Assembly (NCBI RefSeq): GCF_006345805.1
Contig: NC_043006.1
Coordinates: 46,686,001-46,750,000 of the forward strand
DNA from: Octopus sinensis
Lineage: Eukaryota
DNA length: 64,000 nt
Reading direction: 5' to 3'
The notes below the pieces were generated by a model. The model saw only the letters and a program-made list of their open reading frames with translations. It was not told the origin of the DNA and did not search any database. Made by a program: the position numbers and the translations under genes. How positions within the stretch are numbered: position 1 is the stretch's first letter; every line of letters begins with the position of its first letter. Shown piece by piece: positions 25,001 through 39,423 of this stretch.

Positions 25001-25532
25001 GTTGGTACATTCCCATTATTTTAATAATGCTTTAGTCCTTAGATGGTGAGGTGGTGGAGTCGTTAGTGCACTGGGCGAAATGCACTTCATTCCTACGATG
25101 TCGATAAAATAAGTCCCAGCTGAGCACTGGGGTCGATATAAACGACGTAATCACCCACCAGAGCGAAATTGCTGGCTTGGTGCCAAGATTTGGAACCAGC
25201 ATTGCTTTACTACAGCAAGAAATTTCTACTGGATGTTTGTTAACTCGAGTACTTATTCGTTTAAAAAAAATATATTCTACTTAAAGTAGTTGTTCTCTTG
25301 GATCTTTTTTCTTTTTCGACCCTGTTGTCAAGAGGTGGTCAGAGACAAATACCAACACGAAGGTACGTACACACACATACACTCACATATATACATTTAC
25401 TACGGGATTTTTACACTCTCCGTCTACTGAATCCACTGGTCAACCGCCACTACTGGAGAAGTCACATCCACAAGGTACTACATAATGGGTCTGAACGCGG
25501 AAACATGTATATATATATATGGATAGATAGAT

Positions 25533-25749
25533 AGATAAAACTTACTTGGAAAAGGATGCGTGGCGTTCGATCATATAATAACATAGATAATATATACATA
25601 TATGTACGTACCTACGAGAGAGTCGAGGAGGAGGATTGAGAGAGAGGGAGGTATGTACATATGTGTATGTATATATGCATATATTTATATATTATTTATA
25701 TTATTATATGATCGAACGCCACTTATATTTTTCCAAGTAAGTTTTATCT
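25533..25749. repeat. Fold-back element (48-bp outer arms, further inner pairing)
   Basis: 25533-25580 pairs with 25702-25749 with 4 clustered mismatches. Inner acatatatgtacgtacct pairs with aggtatgtacatatgtgt. Confidence 0.85.
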
Positions 25750-26129
25750 TAATAATTACAATGCGGACTCTTCTATCTTTACTATGTTTTCTCTGTCTAT
25801 CTCTCTCCCACTCTTGTTCTTCATCCTTTCTGGTTTTCTCTCCCAGCCTTCCCTATTCTTCTCCTCTTACTTCACAGTTCCCTGTCTCTCACTCCTTCTC
25901 TTCGACTCTCTCGTCGCTGACACATAACGAAAGAGAACCTACCTTTCTAATCACAACCCTCGTAAAGACTAAACATGCTTATACTGTCTCTTTCATAAGC
26001 TCGTCTTCCTAGCGTTCATAATAATTTTTCTATCGTCTTGACTTAACAGCCCTCACCGTTCCTGTTCTTGTTACCACTTTCACCCTCTGCAAAAAATCCC
26101 AAGTTTAATTTACTTTGCAGCAAGGACTG

Positions 26130-26345
26130 TTTCAAAGAAGTCACGTCGTGTCCTTGCCTTCGAACGCGGAGTAGTTGAAACAGGGATAACTGAAGAAAGA
26201 GAATATTCTTTATGTTGTATGTCTCGTTTCTCTGTTTGTTTTTTTCGTTGTTCGAAAAGAAGTTCCTTTCTATGTTTTTGTTTTTATGTTTTCTTTCTTA
26301 TTGTGTTCAACGTTCTCTTGGAGTCCTGTACCAATATATGCATGT
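26130..26345 (+). mobile_element. Diverged relative of the 3717/4291 PLE-terminal-like repeat
   Basis: gtccttgccttcgaa...ctgaagaaagagaatattcttt...tttttcgttg...gtcctgtac is collinear with the reverse complement of 3700-3870. Confidence 0.5.
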
Positions 26346-26398
26346 ATACACACATATATATGTAGGTATGTTCATATATGTATGTATATATGCATATA

Positions 26399-26431
<33 letters not shown>

Positions 26432-26979
26432 CATACATACATACATACGAAGGCGCGTGTGTGTGTGTTTGCATTTATATAATTTCTATGTGGCTGTAGT
26501 AGATACTAAAAACTGAAAATATCTAGCAATTGACTGATGGATTACAAACAATTGTTTAAATTCATACTGAATTAAAACACTAAATAACATATATTATATC
26601 AGATTCTACAAATGTTGATTCTTATTTGGAACCTAAATCCTGTAAATCGTGGCTTTTCGGGACCATGATGAAATTACATGGTTTTTAATGCACCATTAAA
26701 TATTGGAAAATTCGTAGAATGAACCATAATCTAGTCCGAAATAACAGAACAACCCTTAATATTGAGAAGGCGTGCTTTATCTCATTAAATGTATGCTTCC
26801 CCATGCAGATTTCAGAATATATATAGAGAATTAATTCGTTTCATCTGCGATTCTCCTTCAATGTTTCAAGGTAGATTACACGTTCTGTTGTTGCGATATC
26901 TGCGAAGGCGTTTGAGTGATGACGATAATGACTGGTGTGATATCAATGACAAAACAATAAAGTACAAAGTAGAGGAAGA

Positions 26980-27200
26980 TGATGAAGATACGGTCATTCA
27001 TAATGGGGATGGGGATGATGATGTTGCTGTTGATGACGATGATAATGATGATGATGTTGATGGTGATGATTATGATGATTATCGTGATTGACGTAATATA
27101 TATGGTAATGGTTGATGTGATGGTGGTGGTGGTGGATGGTGTGATGGTCGTAGTGGCGGAGGTAGATTCGGTGGTGGTGATTATTAACAGCTGTAGTGAG
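26980..27200. repeat. Degenerate (GAT)n/(GGT)n low-complexity tract
   Basis: Directly visible. Confidence 0.85.
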
Positions 27201-27796
27201 TATTGGATGATTAAGTATTTCTGTGATGCAATCACAGACATGATGGTTTTATAGATGCGATGATGATTTCCTCACTGATTCTGATAATGATGACGATACG
27301 GTGGTTGACATGAAAAATAAAGGTCCTATAACAATATAGATAGTTTGATACGATCAGTTTGACAATAAAAGGAAGACGGTACGAGTAGATGGACCTTCAT
27401 ATGACGCAAGAATGAATGATGATGGATATGATGTTTTAGCTGGTGTCTTTGTTCATAAAGCTCACAGCAATAGACTTCCGACTAAAATGAACCCATTTTA
27501 CTGGAGGCATAATGCATCAAGACTACCCCGTCACTTGTGTTTCTTTAAACACTAGGTTTAAACTTTCATATCGGGTTTTCTAGTTGGCGTTTTATGATGC
27601 CATTAATGATATCCTCGATATTTATGTAATTACATTTGTTCATTCTTCCGCCCTCCTTCAGGCTAGGAAGTATGAGTGCAGCTATTATCTATATACAAAC
27701 ACATGTTCATATTATTCATCATAGCAGTACGCGATATTTTCTATCAATAATCTGATGTATGAATTTAAAGGAAACGTTTCAATTTCTTATGCAATA

Positions 27797-28191
27797 GGCG
27801 TAGGAGTGGCTGTGTGGTAAGTAGCTTGCTTACCGACCACATGGTTCCGGGTTCAGTCCTACTGCGTGGGACCTTGGGCAAGCGTCTTCTACTATAGCCT
27901 CGGGCCGACCTAAGCCTTGTGAGTGGATTTTGTAGACGGAAGCTGAAAGAAGCCCGTCGTATATATGTATATATATATATATGTATGTGTGTGTGCATAT
28001 GTTTGGCCCCTAACATCGCTTCACAATTGATTCTGGTGTGTTTACGTCCCCGTAACTTAGCGGTTCGGCAAAAGAGACCAATAGAATAAGTACTAGGCTT
28101 ACAAAGACTAAGTCCTGGGGTCAATTCTTTCGACTAAATGCGGTGCTCCAGCATGGCCACAGTGAAATGACTGAAACAAGTAAAAGAGTAA
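27797..28191 (+). mobile_element. Full-length family A SINE
   Basis: ggcgtaggagtggctgtgtggtaag...gggttcagtcc...gaaacaagtaaaagagtaa. Confidence 0.9.
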
Positions 28192-29439
28192 TATATAAGT
28201 AGGCGTTTATTTAATATAAATAATGCAGTGTAGTAGAGGCTTGTAGTTAAGCTGAAATAAAATTTATCAGTTTATTCAAAGATAGCATTGTGTTGACTAA
28301 ATGCCAGAATGAAAACAGTTAATTTTATAGTGTAAATTCATGCGTTTTGTAGCTCAATCGATATTCAACTGCTTTTATGTAATATTGCATCACGCAGTGA
28401 AGAAATCCATTTTTTCCCCCACTGCAATCCAGTTTAAGCCAGTAAATGCATTGTGGAACATATTGTCTTTCATATTTTTTGAGACATAAAATCAGAACCA
28501 AGAACCAGGCTCTTAAAAAGAAATCATACAGTCATTACAGCTATATATGTTTTTACCCTTAGCTCAGTTTTTAACTAAACGATGTAAAATAAACAATTTT
28601 AAAACCTAATCTTCCCAAAATTAAGTAAATTCCGCTGTATACTTAAGCTATACACGTCTTCATATGAGTAACCATGGTATTGTTCGGCCTGCAGGAAAAA
28701 CACCTGATAATCTTTGAAATCATACATGGAGTTTTAAAAATTGGAATGATGGATTCTCTTGTCAATTTCGTCGGATGAATGTGAGATTGCTCGATCAACT
28801 GAACAACTCACAAATGAAATTGAGCGAAGTTGCAGCATATTCCATACACGTGTAAAATGTCATTCATAGTTAACAGTGTTTTTTTTAATAACTTCTTATT
28901 GAGTCATATGTGTTTTCTTTTTAAAGAAAAAAAGCAAAATTAGTCACTGAAATTTTATATTTATGAAAAAGAATTCGAGATATTGGGAAGAAATAAAGGC
29001 ATGTTGACTATTTATTTTCAATATTAAATATCAAAATTTTCTATTTCTTTCTTCTTCGATTTGTAGGAATACTCTTCTTGAGAGGATTCCTGTAGAGCTT
29101 CCGTCAGTCCAAATTCATTCACAAGTTTTGGCTGGAACTAACGTAAATGCACTTACATATAACGAGCTCAATCGATTATGGATCTCACGGTTGTGATACA
29201 AAATTCTTAACCACTCTACCCTGCCATTTGTCAGTAAGCAGAAAAATAACAAATTTACCTCTGAAGCAAAATTGTTATTCAAGTAAATAATATTTTATTG
29301 CACATTTATCTAAGGGCTTGTATGTATAGAGATATCAGACACACACCGACAACAGATACGTACACACATACACATACACACACTCGAATACACACACATA
29401 TACATATATACATACATGTATATTCTCTGTTATATTTTT

Positions 29440-29650
29440 CTTTCTCTTTTACTTGTTACAGTAATTTTGACTGCAGCCATGCTGGAGCACTGCCTTTAGT
29501 TGAGCAAATCGACCACATGACTTATACTTTGGAAGCCTAGTACTTGTTTTATAGGTTTCTTTTGCCGAACCGCTAAGTTACGGGCACGTAAACACACCAG
29601 CATCGGTTGTCAAGCGATGTTGGGGGGACAAACACAGACACACAAACATA
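29440..29650 (-). mobile_element. Family A SINE, 3' half
   Basis: Reverse-complement match to the family A 3' region. Confidence 0.85.
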
Positions 29651-29686
29651 TACACACATGTATGTATATACATGTATGTATGTATG

Positions 29687-29720
<34 letters not shown>

Positions 29721-30114
29721 TGTATGTATGTATGTATGTATGTATTTACGTATAGTCATTAAAATGCGGTTATACTGGGGTAACGAATTGTAGAATTTCA
29801 GTGGAACAAATTCACGCTAGCAGTTCTATTGTAAAACGAGTTCATTTTTTATCGCTCACCCCTTTCCGAGCCGCCGCTGAATAGCAAGAAGGTAAAACAC
29901 ACCAACAGTGGTTGTGAAGAGGTGGTGGAGGAGGAACAAAGGCATATGCATACGTAAACACACACACACACGCACACGTATGGCGAGAGCCTTCAGTTTC
30001 CACTACTAAATCCACATACAAGGTTTTGGTGGTGCCGAGGCTGTGATACAAGACACTTGCCACCTTGCCACGTCTACTGGATATATATATATATAATATA
30101 TATATATATATATA

Positions 30115-30189
<75 letters not shown>

Positions 30190-31039
30190 ATACACAAATC
30201 TGTGTTTATGAAGGTCATTTGCAAGTATCTGGTCTCCGTGATTTGCTGTGATAATATGAGCAAATGTGTCCTGCCATAACCCCGAGCCCCGGGGGTATGC
30301 ATCCACGTTTGTTTCCACCGCTATTTGACAACTACTTGTTGGTGTGCTTACGTCACTGTGACTGTGTGGTTCGGCCTAAGAGACCGATAGAATAACTACA
30401 AGGTTTAACACAACATCAGTACTGGAGTCGATTCAGTAAAGTAAAGGAACTGTTGGTGGCAGTGCTCCAGCATGGCTGCAGCCGGATGACTGAAATATGT
30501 AATGGATAAAAGAAAACAAAAATACAAAACATATAGATTACTGTAACATCATCAACACGGAATATATAATAATTCGATTGCGCTCCCCATCCAGCACACA
30601 AAAGTAATCGAAGAATTCGCTAACAGCAGTGAAAGAGATATTGTGGAAATATTGATGCATTCCTGAGAGCGTCACATAAACTTAACCTCCAATAAGCTGT
30701 ACATACACATCTTGTCTATACAAAATTGGGAAAATATTTGACAAAAATAGAAAATGTTTAAAACCAGTATTCCAAATCAATCTCCTTTATATTCTCTCAT
30801 TCTTTATACCCGCATTCGGATACATACACACACATACCTATGAATATGCACTGACACACAAACATACATAATAAATTATATGTTGTGAAATGCATAGAAA
30901 TGCATATCCTGTAAATATTTTCTGGCATAGTGTTCAATACATCGTGTTCAGAGTATCAAATGGCTGCTAAATTTGGAGCTCAAAAGAGTGTTGAACACAG
31001 AAATCGAATATGATAAATCAATATTTGGGCAAAGTTTTA

Positions 31040-31568
31040 GGCGGTGAGCACACAGAATCATCATCATGCTGGGTGAAATGCTTGGAGGCGTTTTGTCCGT
31101 CGCTACGTTCTGAGTTCAAATTCCGCCAAGTTCGACATTGCATTTCATTTGGGGTGTATAAAATAAGTTACGAATGGGTGTGTGGTAAGTAGCTTGCTTA
31201 CCAATCACATGGTTCCGGGTTCAGTCGCACTACATGGCACCTTGGGTAAGTGTCTTCCACTATAGCCTCGGGCCGACCAAGGCCTTGTGAGTGGATTTGG
31301 TAGACGGAAACTGAAAGAAGCCCGTCGTATATATGTCTATGTATATATGTGTGTGTATTTGCGTGTCTGTGTTCGTCCCCCCAACATCGCTTGACAACCA
31401 ATGCTGGTGTGTTTACGTCCACGTAACTTAGCGGTTCGGCAAAAGAGACCGATAGAATAAGTACTAGGCTTAAAAAAATAAATCCTGGGGGCGATTTCCT
31501 CGACTAAAGGTGGTGCTCCAGCGTGGACCAAGTCAAATGACTGAAACAAGTAAAAGATTAAAAGAGTA
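31040..31568 (+). mobile_element. Family B SINE 5' part (31040-31172) joined to a 5'-clipped family A SINE (31177-31568)
   Basis: ggcggtgagc...gttctgagttcaaattccgcc, then directly gggtgtgtggtaagtagcttgc...aaagagtaa. Confidence 0.8.
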
Positions 31569-32554
31569 ATTGAGAACCGAAGTCAATATAATCGACTTAA
31601 TCCCGGTAAAAGGCAAGATGTAGCGAGCTGGTGGCTTCGCTACCGCAACGGGAAAAGTGTTTATCGACTTTTCGTCTGTCTTCATTACCTGTGTTCTAAT
31701 TCTGCCTTGGTCGACTTTGCCTTTCACCGTTCGTGATCGATAAATTAGGTACCAGTAAAACACTGGGGTCGATCTAATAGACTTACCCCGCTTCTCTCAA
31801 ATTGCTGATCTTTTGCCAGAAGTTGACACAAATACTTGTCCAAGGAAGGGCCTAGCATTTTCATGATTTGCGAAAATATGGATTGAAGAACATGAAATTA
31901 CCGTATCTTCAAGAATGCTGTGTTATGTACCATAAGGCTTCTGAAAATTTGCGTACGACTTAAAACATACAAAGGAGATAACTATACAGAAAAACGGCAT
32001 AGTAATTTGAGCATTGACTAATTTACTCAAATATCCAAATGCTTCAAGAAAGATGTATTTTATTACTAGATATCATTCGGAAAAATGGATTTATTTGAGA
32101 TAAAAAATGTGCGAAGTTACCAAGTCATAATATGTACTCGAATTTATTCTATGTAGCCAATTAAAGAGTGGTTCTATGATATAAATTATTATTTACGCAC
32201 TAAGGTTAACAACAGGATAAATCAGAAGTAGGTACATAGACTAACATAAAAATGAATAATTAAATAGAGATGTATGTACATAAGAGTGGATTGATTTCAA
32301 TTTCGAAGAAATAATTATGAATTATAGATGCGATCAGAATAATGAAATTAAATGATACAGTTGATTTCAAGTGAAATACATTTTAAACAAACCAGACATG
32401 ATATTTCATGTTTGTATGCTGTTAATATTCAGAATCAATTTGCACCTACGGTATTATTTCACTTACACCAAAGCTGGATTAACCTCTGATGTCAAGAGTT
32501 GATAAGAAGTGTTATTATATATTCATATACATCTACACACGTATATTCATATGC

Positions 32555-32598
<44 letters not shown>

Positions 32599-33606
32599 AT
32601 TTATATACATACACATATATACATATATATACTTATATATGTTTATGCAATATTTATGAAATATTTATAAAATATATGCTTATATGTAAATATGTAAATA
32701 AATATATATCCATACACACATATATTATGGTTATCGATTTAGGTGAAGGTCCGTGCGTCCAGGAGTGTTTGTGTGTGTATGTGTGCGTTTGTTTGTATAT
32801 GTGTGCGTTTGTGTGCGTGTGTGAATGTGAATGTGTGAATGTGTGTATGTGCACGAGCACGTGAGCTGATTTGCCTGCCCCTAAATTAATGTGTTTCTTC
32901 GCTGGGCATTCAATAGACACATATTTCAATGTGATTCTCAGAATGAACCAGCATCCCAAAGCATGGTTTGACAAGACTCTACCTTTGAATTTCTGAAATG
33001 TTCCATCAGACGGTATTCGATGCACTTTCCGTCCTTTCATTTTCAGCTCAGAATGTATAACCGGACTCAACGCTAAAGAAGATGTCATGTCCTCAGAAGC
33101 ACACATCCTCAAAATGCTATTTCCTCAAGATAATACACATTGAGATCGTTCTCTTGACCTCGTTGTTGCATCGCGATATTCTAATATATTTCTATATTTA
33201 TGTGTGTGTGTGTGTGTGTGTATGTGTGTTTGTATGTATGTATACGCAACAGTTAGCTCGTTGCATTACTATGACATTTTGCAAATTCCATCTGCTAATT
33301 AAGACCATTATGATTTATACGTAATTCTGAGCTCCTAGCAACAGCTGTCGGGTTAAAGAAGCTATGCATTCTCTATTAAGCGTTCTGTACTTTTTATGCA
33401 CAACGGAACAGCAAAATTATCTGCCCATATATATATGTGTGTGTGCGCGCGCGTTTGTGTTTGTGTGTGTGTGTGTGTGCGTGCCTGCATATATATAAAT
33501 TAAATGGAAAGGAAACCAACGCAGGACAAGGTAAAAAGATCACTTTGAATATTTTAATTAATTAAAGTAAGAGTGAATGCAATTAAGGAAATGAAGAATT
33601 AAATAC

Positions 33607-33706
33607 TGTCTTATAGCTGTTTCTGAGAGATCCCAGGTATTGGATCAATATGTTTCAATATGTTGATCAACATCTGTATACACTGGTGATTTTGTCATCA
33701 GAGACA
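33607..33706 (-). ncRNA. Degenerate type I hammerhead with long stem II
   Basis: The minus strand reads tgtct CTGATGA [71 nt] GAAAC AGCT ATA agaca. Stem I has 5 bp. The GTA cleavage triplet of the related 41079 copy reads ATA here. Confidence 0.5.
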
Positions 33707-34703
33707 AGGTGTGTGAGCTAGAATGTTCTAGACATAAATTTAAAGTAGATAAACGTATAAAGTTCATAGTTAATCTTGTTCCGGAGGGAGGTATCCATAT
33801 TTCCGTGAAATATGGATACCTCCTTATGTGTAATCCCAGGTAAATCTAAGCAGCGCGTCGAGTGATTCTTTCAGGTTGATAGAGTAAATATAGCGCTTAA
33901 TGGTCATGCTGGTAGTGTAAGAAAAGTGTTCGACAGGTGTATATAATTTGAAAAAGACCGTTAGATAGACCAAGGCATCATAATAGATAAGTACTTCAGA
34001 GAAAAGAAAATGCTAAAACTAAAGTTTAAAATATGTAAAGAAGATAAAGAATGAAAATAAGATAAAGAATATAATAAGAAATGAAACTAAAAATAAAACT
34101 CTTCGGCGGGGCAAGACCGGGATGAAAGTTCACAGGGATTGTTAAAGTGGAGGAGGAAAACGGACAACATTTTACGGCTAACAATGGTAAATAAAAGGAG
34201 GCAAGGAGACGGCCAAATAGATAGATGAGCATGCTTAGAAGGAATATTTAGCTGTGATTCACTGAATCGAAAGACATTGGGTTTAAGATTATATCCCTGT
34301 TCGATCTATGAATTTACTTTGGCGGGTCTGTTTGACAATCATCAAAGTGCTCATCATCACCGTCAAATTAATTCAATAACCATTCGTCACCTACATGTGG
34401 TTTGTTGCCGGGTATTATTATAGTACATAAAACAATATACTTCGCTTTTACTATCCTGCGATTATTTATGCAACACACCATGGTGATTGTATCATACATG
34501 CCACTGTTGTCCAGCAAAATTCTACTAACAACCACCATCACATCTGGATGACTACCCACCCCCGGATACTGCTCTGTGTTGTGTTTTGAAGTTAACCAAC
34601 CGCTGTCATTTTATGGTTGAGATAACCCCAATTTTTAAGAAAGCATCTGTAAAAGAAATGAAAATCGTCAATATAATACTAGTTTTTAATAAAAAAAGAA
34701 TCT

Positions 34704-35104
34704 TATTTCTTTACTGCTCACACGGGGCAACACACAGGGGGGACAAGCAGATTAAGTCGATTACATCGACCCCAGTGCATAACTGGTACTTATTTAATCG
34801 ACCCCGAAAAGATGAACGGCAAAGTCGACCTCGGCGAAATTTGAACTCAGAACGTAGTGGCAAACGAAATACCTATTTCTTTACTACCCACAAGAGGCTA
34901 AACACAGAGAAGACAAACAAATGGATTAAATCGATTATATGGACCCTAGTGCGTAACTGGTACTTAATTTATCGACCCCGAAAGGATGAAAGGCAAAGTC
35001 AGCCTCGGCGGAATTTGAACTCAGAACGTAACGGCAGACGAAATACCGCTAAGCATTTCGCCCGGTGTGCTAACTTTTCTGCCAGTTCGCCGCCTTCTTT
35101 TTTT
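34704..35104 (-). mobile_element. Family B SINE dimer with 14-bp target-site duplication
   Basis: taaaaaaagaatct occurs at 34690-34703 and 35105-35118. Head at ~35094 plus two modules. Confidence 0.85.
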
Positions 35105-36900
35105 TAAAAAAAGAATCTAACTGTAACAGTGTTTAAATTTTTCTGTCTTTTCCCTTATCTGTATAAAGGCGACGCGAAAAACATTCTTTATTAGCAGAAG
35201 ATAAGTAAATGTATATATGTATATGAGTGCTTACTTTGATTTTGTAAAAAAAGTGTAAATGTCAAAATATAAATTTGGAAAAAACTTCGACATATTCAAA
35301 TTTCATGTAAGTACATAATAAAAATCACAAAGTCTGTAAATCTCTAAAAATAATGTCCAGTAAAACAGTCAAAAGCATGTTCTTCTTCTTCAAATCTTTA
35401 GAAATCGCAACAACAACTCCTTAACCAAATTGCAGAAGATGTATGGTAATTTTCAAGATTCTTTTTTCGTTCCTTTTTTGTCTTCGTTAAATATATAAGT
35501 GTGCGTTTTACACGCTGCAATGTACAGTATATATGCGGTTTTCTCTGTTTGTGTATGTGTGTATGTATATGACTGATTGCATGAATTGTCTGCATGTTCG
35601 TTAATTCTGCTATTTGCTCTTAAATTAGGCAACAATCGATATAAACGCTTTGCATAAATTATTCGCCATTCAATAGAGAAGAATTGTTAAACATTTATTT
35701 TCAGATACAACCGCCACATCTCTCTCTCTGACAATAACATGAAATCTGCTGATCAAGAGGTATAAAAAGACAGGTACTTGTGTACAAAATTCCCCACAAT
35801 TTCTCTTATAGAATGAAGAAGAGAGAGAGAATGAGACTTATCTTATACATATATACATACTTACACACATACATATTACATATATATGTGTATGTGTATC
35901 TGTGTTTATACGTATATATGTATGTATGCATATGTGTGTGTGCGTTTGTGTGTGTGTGTACATGTATATGCCCAGATATATTTATACACCGAAGAACGTT
36001 ATCATGGATATATGAATGCATTTACATTCTTATCAAAATAGCCTACCGGTTTCAATCACTTAAAATATGATTTGGTCATAATCAATCGAAGGGAAAAATA
36101 ATTGGATGAAATTAAACTCCCAAGGTATCAGTTCTGAGAGTTCTTTTTTCATTACGAAAATCACACGGTGCTGAAATTTCGTTATTTTTTATTGCTAGAG
36201 GATCCTAGTAGTAACAGAAGGTAAGATAGACTGTTACTAGTAGTAGTAGAAGCATGATCTCGATCCGTGGTGGCAGCAGAAGATACGATGCTTGTAGTTA
36301 TAGACTTTGTGGTTTTGTTATTGTAATTAGTAACAAGATTAGTAGTGGAAAATGATGTAGTATTATTGGTGGTAGTTAACTGTCCGTTTCTCCCACACAG
36401 GTGTCTCAGTGCGGCCAAACTTTGGTTATGAAGGTTGTTCCCAGATGTATTGCTGCTTTATTGTGCAATCAATAAACAAATAATAATCATAATAATAAAA
36501 TCTTAAAATTTGGTTGTTTCTTACCTGCACGAGTCCATATGTTAGCTATGGATAGATAGTCCTATCGTCTGGATTTCTTTACGGAATACTTTGATATATT
36601 TAGACTCCTGCTTTGTCTTAATGATACGCCGATTTGTCATATATAATGCTTTTCACACCCTGAGCATTAATTGCATAGATTAGATTTTCAAATTTACAAA
36701 AGAAGTTATTCTTTATTGTGAACAGATACTCTTGTCCCTTTATGCATATAGAACTATGTATGTATGTATGTATGTATGCATGCATGTATGTATGCATGTA
36801 TTTATGCATGTAGGTATGCATGTATGTATGCATGTATGGTATGCATGCGTTTGTAGGCTGCGTTTCTCTGTGTATGTGTGTATATGATATATACGCATAT

Positions 36901-36948
<48 letters not shown>

Positions 36949-36955
<7 letters not shown>

Positions 36956-37048
36956 TCGACTTCTTAAAATGCGTATACATATATTAATACATATCGATAC
37001 ATATGAATTTTTAAAAAAAGGTATTTATAAGATATATATATATATACT

Positions 37049-37079
<31 letters not shown>

Positions 37080-37375
37080 ATATACATAGATAAAATATAT
37101 GTAAATAAAACCCATGTGGGATACGTATGGAAGGAAATGTGAGAAAAGCAGGATGGATATAAAAAAATGTACTGAAATTAAGAGCGGTTAAGAGTTTCGA
37201 TTAAAAGAGTCATAGAGTTCGGTATATTTTCTTTTTAAATATAAATGGCATATACGGTATATAATACAGTCCGAGAATGTTTACTTTGAGCGGCCGCATC
37301 TAGAGTTTTTGTCCTGGTATTCATATGTGTCGATACGTATTAATATATGTATACGCATTTCAAGTCGAATTTATA
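36949..37375. repeat. Fold-back element with ~60-bp inverted termini
   Basis: tataaattcgacttcttaaaatgcgtatacatatattaatacatatcgatacatatgaat (36949-37008) pairs with 37319-37375 with a few substitutions and a 3-nt indel. Confidence 0.85.
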
Positions 37376-37503
37376 AACGTGTCAGTATGATTGCCTAAAC
37401 TGAGTTTATAATTAATTCTTATCTTCTGTCTCGAATTCGACCCGAGCACTTCCTCTTAGCAGCTCTATATTTTCCGCAAGACACAATTATATCTATAACT
37501 CTA

Positions 37504-37553
<50 letters not shown>

Positions 37554-38834
37554 ATATATATATAGTTATAGATATAATACGCTCACATGATCTCATATGT
37601 ATTACAACATTTACCATTGTTATAAGGGCGCAACATAATGGAATCAGTATACTATGTGAACAATGACTATTTGACCACCTCAAATATTTATCTGTGGATG
37701 AATAGCGAAAATACTTTGTTTTGAGCGATCTTTCTGCATTTAGTATAACATGCTGTTGGCTATTTTAATCTAATATCAATTTTGCTGCATAGAGCAAATT
37801 TTTATTTGGCTAGGCGAATAATTACTACACAAGGGATTGTTAAATCACCAATTCCTACATCAGTAGTATCGAATTTTGTTTTACCATACAATTAACAGAA
37901 TGTACATGCTACTGACAGGGGTCATTATGCAGAATTCCGTATCTAGCGGATTGTTGATTGGAGGATTTTTCTTCATGAATGATATATTTGTGTTTTTAAA
38001 CATAGCGTGACCATTAGAGATATCTCCGGAGGCATAACTCAGTCAACAGTTTTTTTGCGTTGATTATTTTAAAGTAGTACTCTTCCCGTTCTAAGTTACG
38101 GATAAATATGCACCTATTGATAGGTGCGCGAACACCAAATACATCTAAAATTGGCGAAAAAGCTGTTCTCAACTGCGAGTGGTAATTCTGCTGAACCGAG
38201 AACAGTAATGTCTCAGTCCTACTCCAGGAGTAGAGAAGTAACACTGTGAGACGAAAGACTTATTGCCTTGCTTCTGATGCATCGAAACAAATGAATTTAT
38301 GTGTGTATGTACATATATATAAATGCATGCTTACATGCATACACAAACACACAATTTTATATGGATATATATGTCACTTTTTTATGTGCAGAGAGGATGA
38401 GGTGTATTTAGATGTACAAGCTCGAAATAATTACTCAATACACTCCGAAAGTTCTTTTCATTTTTTTCTAAAGTGAGGATATATTTCACCAAATTTCTCT
38501 AATCCTATACATATCTGCGTAGGAATCGGTTAATACATATATACAAACATACACATACATACAAGCACATACATATATACATACATACTTACATACACAA
38601 ACACATGTATAACTGAATGCGGTTTGCAGATATAATTGCAATATATCCATTAGTTTTTTCCCGAAAACTGAAAAACATATATTGGTGCTGTTTATATTTA
38701 TTATCTTTGCTTGCAAGATAGCATAACGACGCATCGATTTACAAATATACATATATACACACCGATATAGATAAGTATTCTCGTATGTACGTATGTGTCT
38801 ATACATGCAAGTTATCCAATAAATATACATACAT

Positions 38835-38898
<64 letters not shown>

Positions 38899-39380
38899 AT
38901 AAACATACATACATACACACACATATATACACATATATATATATCCCTATATGATTGGTTCACCTAAAAAATATACATGGAAATACGATTATATTCCAAC
39001 GTTTACTATTCAAACTTTTATACTGATATCCATGTATCTATTGCTCTGTACAAGCATTCATCCATATATCATACTAAAACCAATGAAAGCAATATTCTCT
39101 GCTGAAATGAATTAGTACTAGTAAGTATTCGGCATATAATACGTTATTACATCGTATATAAGAGATCATTCATTATAGAGAGATTTTTTTTTAACTGTGT
39201 TCATGTCAAATTCTCATTCTGTCAAATTCCTTCATACTCTCATGTTGTATTTTCCTATAAAACAACAAACATGTGCACACTTTCACATGTGCATACACCA
39301 GGCATACATTCACCGATGAGTATATATATGTGTGTGTGTGTGTGTATGTATGTATATATATATATATATATATAATATAT

Positions 39381-39423
<43 letters not shown>

